From the NCBI GenBank assembly GCA_965218235.1, contig OZ244595.1, positions 1,259,009-1,323,008 on the forward strand: a stretch of DNA of 64,000 bases, given 5' to 3'. Positions 57,094-64,000 of this stretch are shown piece after piece. A program made the position numbers and the translations under genes. A model generated the notes under the pieces. That model saw only the letters and a program-made list of their open reading frames with translations. It searched no databases and was not told the DNA's origin. Position 1 is the stretch's first letter. Each line of letters starts with the position of its first letter. The DNA is from Thermomicrobiales bacterium. Lineage in GTDB: Bacteria; Chloroflexota; Chloroflexia; Thermomicrobiales; UBA6265.

Positions 57094-57894
57094 TCACTGT
57101 GGTCCTGAAGTGCCTGATTCGGAGCGCCGTCGGTGAACGGGAGGGGACGTGGCCGTGTTGCTGGCGGCACCGTCCGGCTCCATTGGAACGACGAAGCGGT
57201 AGCCGATCCCCCAGTGCGTCTCGATGTAGCGCGGGTGCTCGGCGTCATCACCGATCTTCCGTCGCAGCCGCCCGATGAAGACCTTCAGATAATGGACTTC
57301 GTCGATATAGGCCTCGCCCCAGACTCGCTCCAGCAGCCGGGCGTGGGGGACGATCGCGCCGATGTGGCGGACGAGCTCCTCCAGGAGCCGGGACTCGGTG
57401 GCCGTCAGGCGGACGACTCCGGCGGGCGTCGTGATCTGCCGGGCGGCGAAGCTGACGCGGAGGTCGCCATACGTCTGCTCGCCGAGCGGAGCGTCCTCGG
57501 CCGCGACCACCGCCGGCTCCTCGAAGCGGGCCCGGCGCAACAGGGCCCGAAGCCGGGCGAACAGCTCGATGTGGTCGAATGGCTTGGTCAGATAGTCATC
57601 GGCGCCGAGCTCCAGCGCCCGGACCTTGTCCAGCGTTGCGTCGCGGGCGGTCAGCATCAGGATCGGCACCTGCGACTGCCGCCGGAGCCGCTCGCAGACC
57701 GCGAAGCCGTCCGGCGGCGGCAGACCGACGTCCAGCACGACCAGATCGGGTGGCGCCTCGGCGAACCGGCGCAGAGCTTCGCTGCCGCTGGTCGCCGTGT
57801 CGACGATGCAGTCCGGCCAGACCATTCGGGCCCCGAAGGCGATCACGTCGGTGATGTCGGTCTCGTCGTCGACGACCAGCAGTCGCAGGGTCAT
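57094..57894 (-). CDS. OmpR-family response regulator
   Basis: LLVVDDE, VLDVGLP and DDYLTKPF receiver motifs plus a winged helix (HWGIGYRF). Overlaps the upstream HK gene by 4 nt. Confidence 0.9.
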   Translation of the reverse strand: MTLRLLVVDDETDITDVIAFGARMVWPDCIVDTATSGSEALRRFAEAPPDLVVLDVGLPPPDGFAVCERLRRQSQVPILMLTARDATLDKVRALELGADDYLTKPFDHIELFARLRALLRRARFEEPAVVAAEDAPLGEQTYGDLRVSFAARQITTPAGVVRLTATESRLLEELVRHIGAIVPHARLLERVWGEAYIDEVHYLKVFIGRLRRKIGDDAEHPRYIETHWGIGYRFVVPMEPDGAASNTATSPPVHRRRSESGTSGPQ

Positions 57895-59225
57895 GCGCCG
57901 ATCCGCGGCATCGACTGCGGCAGCTCGACGGTCAGAGACAGCCCGCCGCTCGAGACGAGGGCCGCTGTGACCCGGCCACCGTGGAGCCCGACGAGCCGGC
58001 TGACGATGACCAGCCCGAGGCCGGTCCCCATGTTGGTCGGCCGGATCGCGCCGAACTCGAACAGCCGGTCGAGGTCGGCGGTGGGCAGGGCCGGTCCGTC
58101 GTCGTTGACCTGGATCATGGTCCGGCCGGGTGCCGTCCAGCCCCGGATGCTGATCGTGGAGCCGATCCCGGTGTGGCGGTGAGCGTTGGAGAGCAGGTTG
58201 AGCAGCACCTGTTCCAGCCTTCGGCGGTCGCCCAGGAGCCGCAGTGGCGCGGGGAGTTCGACCTGGAGGTGCTGGCCACGGGCGGTCATGAGCGGCTGGA
58301 TCGCCGCCGCGGCTGACATGGCGATATCGCAGAGGTCGACCGGCTCGATGTCGAGCCGCAGCGTGCCGGCTTCCAGCTGGTTCATCGCCAGGAGATCGTC
58401 GATCAGGCGGCCGAGCCGGTCGACGTTGCGGCGGCTGTTGGCGAGCAGTTCCCGCTCCTCGAGGGTGAGACGCTCGGCGCCGCTGAGGTTGAGCAGGGCG
58501 AGGCCGGCGTGGGTCGCGGTCAATGGAGTGCGGAGTTCATGGGAGACGGTCGAGATGAAGTCGGTCCGGGCCCGGTCGCGCTCGGCGATCCGCGTCGCCC
58601 GCATCGCCTCCTGGGCCGCCTGGCGCTGCTCGGCCTCGACCCGGGCGGTCAGGAGCCGCATCCCGGTTCCGGCGATGGCGAGGATGATGAGCTGGCCACC
58701 GAGGTACTGAATGTTGGCCTGGCTTCCGCTCCAGCCTGGTAGCGTCATTGAGGCGATTGTAATGCTCAGGCAGAGCCCGAGCGTGTAGGCGATCGTCGCC
58801 GGACCGGACATGAAGACTGACGTCATCGTCGCCGACAGGACGGCGAGGGCGATGATGGGGCCATTCAGCGCGCCGCCAAGCCCGTACAGCAGGCCGACGA
58901 CGATCAGATCCGTCAGGGCGAGAACCGTTGGCCAGTCCCGTGGCGACAGGCTGCGGAGGATCGTCTGCATGGCGAGGCTATAGAAGGCAAAGGCGGCGAC
59001 GAGGTGCCAGGTCTGGAGCGGAGCACGAGCGGCCATCGGCCAGAACAACGTGACGGCGAGCATCGTCAGAATGGTGATCCAGCGCAGGGTCAGGAGGGTC
59101 TGGCCGAGCAGCAGGTCGCGCCCGCGCATCGCGAGCCGCTCGGGCAGCCCGATAGCATCATGTCGCGGCTGGGTCTGGGATCGTCCGAGGGATACCGGTT
59201 GGTCCGCCATGGGTTCGCCTGTCAC
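57891..59225 (-). CDS. Membrane sensor histidine kinase
   Basis: About 5-6 TM segments, then H-box FISTVSHELRTPLTA, N-box LLSNAHRHT and G-box GTGLGLVIV. GTG 59225 or ATG 59210. Confidence 0.85.
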   Translation of the reverse strand: MTGEPMADQPVSLGRSQTQPRHDAIGLPERLAMRGRDLLLGQTLLTLRWITILTMLAVTLFWPMAARAPLQTWHLVAAFAFYSLAMQTILRSLSPRDWPTVLALTDLIVVGLLYGLGGALNGPIIALAVLSATMTSVFMSGPATIAYTLGLCLSITIASMTLPGWSGSQANIQYLGGQLIILAIAGTGMRLLTARVEAEQRQAAQEAMRATRIAERDRARTDFISTVSHELRTPLTATHAGLALLNLSGAERLTLEERELLANSRRNVDRLGRLIDDLLAMNQLEAGTLRLDIEPVDLCDIAMSAAAAIQPLMTARGQHLQVELPAPLRLLGDRRRLEQVLLNLLSNAHRHTGIGSTISIRGWTAPGRTMIQVNDDGPALPTADLDRLFEFGAIRPTNMGTGLGLVIVSRLVGLHGGRVTAALVSSGGLSLTVELPQSMPRIGA

Positions 59226-59388
59226 TGGTTGACCGCGTCGCCACCTGCCCGCCGGAACGTCCAGCGGGAATCACCATAACTATAGCGGGAATGTCGCCGT
59301 CCCCGTCGCCGGCGGTTTCGCTGTTCGCGCGGGATGAGTTGTCGGGATCCGAACCGGACCGCTCCGTTCTCGGACATTGGTGAAAGAC

Positions 59389-60678
59389 TCAGGCCGATTC
59401 GCTAGTCGCGTCTTGGAGCGGCCAGAGGCTCGACAGGCTGATGATCGCCCCGATGAAGAAGGCGATTGGGTACGAGTCGCCGGGCACGACGAGAGCGGCG
59501 AGGTCTGCCAGTGGACCGAACAGACCGGCCATCGCGCCGGCGCCGGCAGTGGCGATGTTCGCCAGCGCGTAGTACTGGGCTCCCTGACCGCTCGGGATGC
59601 TCTGGCTGATGAGCGCCCAGTTGACCGTCAGAAAGCTACCAGCGCCGACCGCGACCAGCACCCCGGCTCCGGCGACCACCGGCAGCGTCGGCGCGATGGC
59701 TACGCCAGCCAGCCCGGCTGACCCGAGAACGATGCTCACCCGCAGGACCGGCACCCGCCCGATCCGGTCCGACAGCCGCCCACCGATCAGCGCCGCGCCG
59801 ATCCCGAGGACGATAGCCCCCGCCAGATAGAAGCCGGCGTCCTGAGTGAGATTGTCCAGACCAAACCGTTCCTCGAGGAAGTAGAGCAGGAATCGCTGCA
59901 GGGAGTAGGCGCCGAGCAGGAACAGGAACTGGGCAATGACGGCCCGGGCGAATGGCGGGCTGTCCCGGAACGCTCGAACCGAGGAACTCACCAGGTTTCC
60001 CAGCATCGTCGGGATCGATTCCCGATCTCCGTCCCGCGCCTTCTCGTCCGGCTGAACCCTCGGCACCCAGCGCCGGCTCAGCACGGTCGTGATGGCGAGG
60101 ATCGCCGCCAGGAAGATCAGCGCGATGCCGATGCTGTCCGTCGCCTGGACGATCAGCTGTGTGCCGACGAGGCCGATGCCGATGCCGATGACGTTGAGCG
60201 CGTTCTTCACCCCCGCGGCGAGCCCCTGACCATCCTTCGCCACGAGATCGGGGATCAGCGCCTGGAACGCGGCCTGGGCGACGTTGCTGGCCAGCTGCAT
60301 CACGACGTAGGCGAGGAGCAACAGGATGAACTGCCCGGCCAGTCCGAACGCCAGCGTGCCAGCGAGCACGATCGCCGCGCCGCCGACGATGAACGGCTGG
60401 CGCCGGTCGGGACGCCGGGAGCGGTCGCTGATGAACCCGGCGATGGGTTGGACGAGCGCGGCGCCGCCGATCCCGACCAGGCTGATGACGCCCAGTCCAG
60501 TGCCCTGCCGGCCGTCCGAGACGAGATCGCTGACCCGTTCGGGCAGGATGGTCGTGTTGAGCGTCGTCCAGAGTGCGGCGAGACCGATCCCGAACACGTT
60601 GATCCGCGCGGCGAACAGGATCGCCCGTTTGTTCGACCCCGAGAGCGCCCTGTGAACTGCCTGCATGGAGCGTCCCAT
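59389..60678 (-). CDS. MFS transporter
   Basis: 12 TM-like segments with a GFISDRSRRPDRRQP loop. Start at ATG 60678 or 60666. The ORF extension to 60858 overlaps nuoN and is Pro/Arg-rich. Confidence 0.8.
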   Translation of the reverse strand: MGRSMQAVHRALSGSNKRAILFAARINVFGIGLAALWTTLNTTILPERVSDLVSDGRQGTGLGVISLVGIGGAALVQPIAGFISDRSRRPDRRQPFIVGGAAIVLAGTLAFGLAGQFILLLLAYVVMQLASNVAQAAFQALIPDLVAKDGQGLAAGVKNALNVIGIGIGLVGTQLIVQATDSIGIALIFLAAILAITTVLSRRWVPRVQPDEKARDGDRESIPTMLGNLVSSSVRAFRDSPPFARAVIAQFLFLLGAYSLQRFLLYFLEERFGLDNLTQDAGFYLAGAIVLGIGAALIGGRLSDRIGRVPVLRVSIVLGSAGLAGVAIAPTLPVVAGAGVLVAVGAGSFLTVNWALISQSIPSGQGAQYYALANIATAGAGAMAGLFGPLADLAALVVPGDSYPIAFFIGAIISLSSLWPLQDATSESA

Positions 60679-60854
60679 CCGATCGTCGAGCCAGGGACCG
60701 GGACGGTGTCCGTTCCTCGGTCCGAGCCGACAGTCGCGGTGACCCTGGTCAGGGGGAAGGACGGGACGGATGGTGCCGGCCGAATCCGGCCATGGGTGTC
60801 GGGCCGACCGGCGTGGTCCGGCTTCAGGTGGCTTCGGCTGGCCCGGTGCCAGGT

Positions 60855-62246
60855 TCAATTCGGGAGGGCACTGGTGATCGTCTGCGCGAAAAGACCAATC
60901 GCGAAGGTGGGGACGAGGGCGATTCCCCAGACCGGCGTCGCAGACCGCTCCCTCCGGGCCGCCAGTCCTGATGTCTGACCCTCTGCTGCCTGATACATGG
61001 GTACCACGATCCGCAGATAGACGGCCAGCGACAGGACGCTATTCAGAATCGCGATGACCGCGAGCCAGGTGTACCCGGAGTCGACGGCGGCGCCGAAGAG
61101 CAGCAGCTTGCCAAGGAAACCCGCGGTCGGAGGGATGCCGACGAGCGAGAACAGGAAAAGCGCCATCGCCGCGCCGGCCCAGACGTGCCGGCGACCCAGA
61201 CCCGAGAACGCGGTGAGATCCCGACCAGTGTCGCGAACGATTGTGAAGGCGCCGAGGTTCATCGCGGCGTAGGCGGCGGCGAAGACCACGAGCGACTGGA
61301 TCGCCAGCTCGTCGCGTCCGATCGCGACGACGCCGAGCAGGAAATACCCGGACTGGGCGACCGACGAGTAGGCGAGTAGCCGGACGACACTGGTCTGGGC
61401 GAGGGCCGCGAAGTTGCCATAGGTCATGGAGACCATCGCGAGGACGGAGATGAGCAGACGCCAGTCGACGATCTCCGCCGGGAGGAACCGGACGACGGTC
61501 GCGAGCGCGAAGATCGCCCCGACCTTGGGTACGATCGAGAGATAGGCCGCGACGGCGATGGGGCCGCCGTCGTAGGCGTCGGGCGCCCAGAAGTGGAACG
61601 GAACGATGGCCGCCTTGTACCCGAGCCCGACGAGGACGGCGACCAGTCCCACGCCGGCCGCGAGCGGTTTTCCGTCGAGCTGGCCCAGGTCCGCCAGGAC
61701 GGTCGAGCCCGTCCCGCCGAACCAGAAGGTCAGACCGAAGACCATCACCGCGCTCGTGACGGAGCCGAAGACGAAGTATTTCATCGCGGCTTCGGTCGCT
61801 CTCCCGTCGCGTGGGTAGGCCACGAGCGCGAAGGAGCCGAGGCTGCTGAGCAGGGTTCCCAGGACGAGGAACATGACGTCGCCGGCGCCCGCCAGGGCGA
61901 GCGCGCCGACCGTCGTCAGCGAGAGCAGGCTGTGGACCGTCGCCTCGCGGTCCGAGCCACGAACATCCAGCCCCGCCAGTACCGAGATCAGCGCCGTCGT
62001 CGGAAGCAGGATGAGCTTGGCCCAGACGCTGAGGTCATCGACCCGGAACGTGCCCATGAAGATGGCCGTGTCCTCGCCCACCAGTGGCAGGGTCAGGACC
62101 GTGGCGAGCAGCAGCCCTGTGACGGTAATCGGCATCGCCCAGGTGTGGCGACGCAGCATGCCGGCGACGAGGGCCAGGACACCGGTGATGACCGCGACGA
62201 TTTCCGGCAGGAGGAGGCCGAGATCGGCCGCCATATCCATCGTCAT
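60855..62246 (-). CDS. nuoN: NADH-quinone oxidoreductase subunit N
   Basis: Starts MTMDMAADLGLLLPEI, 9 nt after the nuoM stop. Antiporter-like subunit pattern (FHFWAPDAYDG). Confidence 0.9.
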   Translation of the reverse strand: MTMDMAADLGLLLPEIVAVITGVLALVAGMLRRHTWAMPITVTGLLLATVLTLPLVGEDTAIFMGTFRVDDLSVWAKLILLPTTALISVLAGLDVRGSDREATVHSLLSLTTVGALALAGAGDVMFLVLGTLLSSLGSFALVAYPRDGRATEAAMKYFVFGSVTSAVMVFGLTFWFGGTGSTVLADLGQLDGKPLAAGVGLVAVLVGLGYKAAIVPFHFWAPDAYDGGPIAVAAYLSIVPKVGAIFALATVVRFLPAEIVDWRLLISVLAMVSMTYGNFAALAQTSVVRLLAYSSVAQSGYFLLGVVAIGRDELAIQSLVVFAAAYAAMNLGAFTIVRDTGRDLTAFSGLGRRHVWAGAAMALFLFSLVGIPPTAGFLGKLLLFGAAVDSGYTWLAVIAILNSVLSLAVYLRIVVPMYQAAEGQTSGLAARRERSATPVWGIALVPTFAIGLFAQTITSALPN

Positions 62247-62254
62247 CCCCTCAT

Positions 62255-63721
62255 TCACGGCAGGATGACCTGCGTCGCCCGATCGATGAGATCGAGCATC
62301 AGCCGCGGGACGACGCCGATCGCCACGGTAAGTACCACGAGCGGCACGATCGCCCAGGCTTCGGAGCGGGAGAGGTCGCGCATGTCCCGCCACCTTGAGG
62401 TGACGGAGCCCAGGAAGACGGCCTGGATCGCCCGGAGGTAGAGCCCTGCCGTGATCACGATGCCAAGGACGACGACGGCCGCCAGGACGGGCCAGACATC
62501 GAATGCGCCGAGGAAGATCTGGAACTCGGCCGGAAAGTGGGCGAGGCCCGGGAGACCGAGCGACGCGAAGGCCGCCACGATGAACAGCCAGCCAAGCCAC
62601 GGCGTGACGCGCAGCAGCCCGCCGAAGGCGCCCATCTCGCGGGTCTGCGCTCGCCGCTGGATCACGCCGACCAGCAGGAACAGCGCCCCGGTGACGATGC
62701 CGTGACTGACCATCTGCAGCACCGCGCCATCGAGGGCCAGCGCGCGGGTTGCGGGGTCGAGCGTGGCGGCGGCCGCGGCGGCGGCAACCACGACATATCC
62801 CATGTGGTTAACGCTGGTGTACGCCACGAGCCGTTTCAGGTCCGTCTGCGCGAGGGCGACGAGCGCTCCGTAGAGGGCGGAGAAGGCGCCGATGATCGCG
62901 ACGATCAGCGCGGCACTCCGGAAGGCGTCGGGGGTCATCTGCAGCGCGAAGCGGATGAGCCCGTACGTGCCGAGTTTCAACAGGACACCGGCCAGGACCA
63001 CGCTTCCGGCGGTCGGCGCCTCGACGTGGGCCGCCGGCAGCCAAGTATGGAACGGGAAGACCGGGGTCTTGACGGCGAAGGCGAGGAGCAGAGCGAGCAG
63101 GGTCAGTCCGGCGGCGACTCCCGAGAGCGGCGGTGCCTCGATGATGACGCGCATGTCGAAGGTGCGCGGGTCCGAGCCGAGGTAGAGGGCGATGATGGCC
63201 AACAGGAGCGGCAGGCTGCCCAGCAACGTGTACAGGAAGAACGTCAGCGCGGCGCGCTGCCGGTCCTGATGGCCCCACCCCGCGATGATGAAGTACATCG
63301 CGACGAGCGTGACTTCCCAGAATGCGTAGAACAGCACCATGTCCAGCGCGACGAACACGCCTAGACAGGCCGACTCCAGGAGCAGGAACAGTGCGACGTA
63401 GGAGGACGCCCGGTCGGTGAGCGTTGCCGAGAAGACCAGGGATACGAGGAAGAGGAGGGTCGTCAGCAGCACGAGCGGCAGGCTGATGCCGTCGACGCCG
63501 ACCCGGTAAGCCGCGCCGAGCGATGGGATCCAGCGCACCTCCTCGACCTGGCTGAAGCCGCCCCCCGCGCCGCGGGCCCAGATGGCCAGGGACCCAAGGA
63601 AGGCCAGACCGGACGCGCCGATGCCGATCGCCTGCGCGACCCGCGCGCCGCGCGTGGGGAGACTGAGCAGCAGGATGGCGCCGAGCAGCGGGATCAGAAG
63701 GGTGATGGTCAACAGTGGCAT
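62255..63721 (-). CDS. nuoM: NADH-quinone oxidoreductase subunit M
   Basis: FPFHTWLPAAHVEAPTAGSVVLAGVLLKLG is typical of NuoM/ND4. Confidence 0.95.
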   Translation of the reverse strand: MPLLTITLLIPLLGAILLLSLPTRGARVAQAIGIGASGLAFLGSLAIWARGAGGGFSQVEEVRWIPSLGAAYRVGVDGISLPLVLLTTLLFLVSLVFSATLTDRASSYVALFLLLESACLGVFVALDMVLFYAFWEVTLVAMYFIIAGWGHQDRQRAALTFFLYTLLGSLPLLLAIIALYLGSDPRTFDMRVIIEAPPLSGVAAGLTLLALLLAFAVKTPVFPFHTWLPAAHVEAPTAGSVVLAGVLLKLGTYGLIRFALQMTPDAFRSAALIVAIIGAFSALYGALVALAQTDLKRLVAYTSVNHMGYVVVAAAAAAATLDPATRALALDGAVLQMVSHGIVTGALFLLVGVIQRRAQTREMGAFGGLLRVTPWLGWLFIVAAFASLGLPGLAHFPAEFQIFLGAFDVWPVLAAVVVLGIVITAGLYLRAIQAVFLGSVTSRWRDMRDLSRSEAWAIVPLVVLTVAIGVVPRLMLDLIDRATQVILP

Positions 63722-63739
63722 CGGTGGATCGTTCTCCGG

Positions 63740-64000
63740 TCAGAATATGAGGACGAGCAGCAGAACGATCGCCGCGCCCGCGACCGCGAGGAGGAGTTCC
63801 CGGTGGACCAGCCCCGTCTGGAGGCGTCGAGCCTGCAAGCTCAACCGCCTGGTCTGATGGACAAGGTCGGCGATCAGCCCATCCAGGCCCTGTTCATCGA
63901 GCACCCGGCTCGCCCGGGCCGTCCTCAGGGACGCCGATCCGACGCGGTTCACCCCCTCGTGAATCCGGCCGTCCAGGCTCCGGTTCGCCGAAGAAAATCC
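63740..64000 (-). CDS. nuoL: NADH-quinone oxidoreductase subunit L, C-terminal fragment (runs off the window)
   Basis: The frame is open to the window edge. ...LDGRIHEGVNRVGSA...LQTGLVHRELLLAVAGAAIVLLLVLIF matches the NuoL C-terminal pattern, and the gene order is nuoL-M-N. Confidence 0.8.
   Translation of the reverse strand, partial: GFSSANRSLDGRIHEGVNRVGSASLRTARASRVLDEQGLDGLIADLVHQTRRLSLQARRLQTGLVHRELLLAVAGAAIVLLLVLIF

Overview
High-GC (roughly two-thirds G+C), gene-dense bacterial chromosomal segment. I saw no rRNA, tRNA or CRISPR array. All calls come from reading the ORF translations and the DNA by eye, with no database search. Gene starts are best guesses from RBS position and N-termini typical of each family.

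Content in order:
- tmk and a DarA/PstA-like PII protein, then a zinc-ribbon membrane protein.
- A CUT2-type sugar ABC operon (ATPase, permease, binding protein).
- A roughly 1455 aa fusion of an Fe-S PD-(D/E)XK nuclease, an RNase-H-like module and an SF1B (Upf1/Dna2-like) helicase.
- manC, an FGGY sugar kinase and a MocR regulator.
- HtrA protease with an OmpR/HK two-component pair, and a sortase-domain protein.
- An FAD oxidoreductase, lysS, a ComB-like phosphatase and mgtE.
- An orphan metal-binding SBP and manA.
- A CUT1-type sugar ABC operon, a frameshifted orphan mazF-like toxin gene and an enolase-superfamily enzyme.
- Several small enzymes (PPOX-like, VOC, M14 peptidase, PRTase, CMD, MBL) and a GntR regulator.
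- sufS-sufU-Rieske without sufBCD, and a gluconate-2-dehydrogenase-like pair.
- ArsR plus an MFS transporter, one IS630-family IS, and a beta-propeller lactonase.
- A second two-component pair, another MFS transporter, and nuoL (partial)-nuoM-nuoN.

I found no convincing multi-gene defence island or novel protein system. The signals most worth a second look are:
1. A dispersed family of GC-rich intergenic elements bounded by hairpin-forming arms. There are three full copies of 166-242 nt and at least four partial copies. The closing stem shows compensatory changes between copies, and a CGTTATCGCCC-loop-GGGCGAT hairpin is conserved.
2. The large single-gene nuclease-helicase fusion.
3. The IS630 element, which sits exactly on the TA of a stop codon.
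4. The frameshifted mazF-like gene, which has no antitoxin gene.
5. Two dense G-quadruplex/i-motif tracts.
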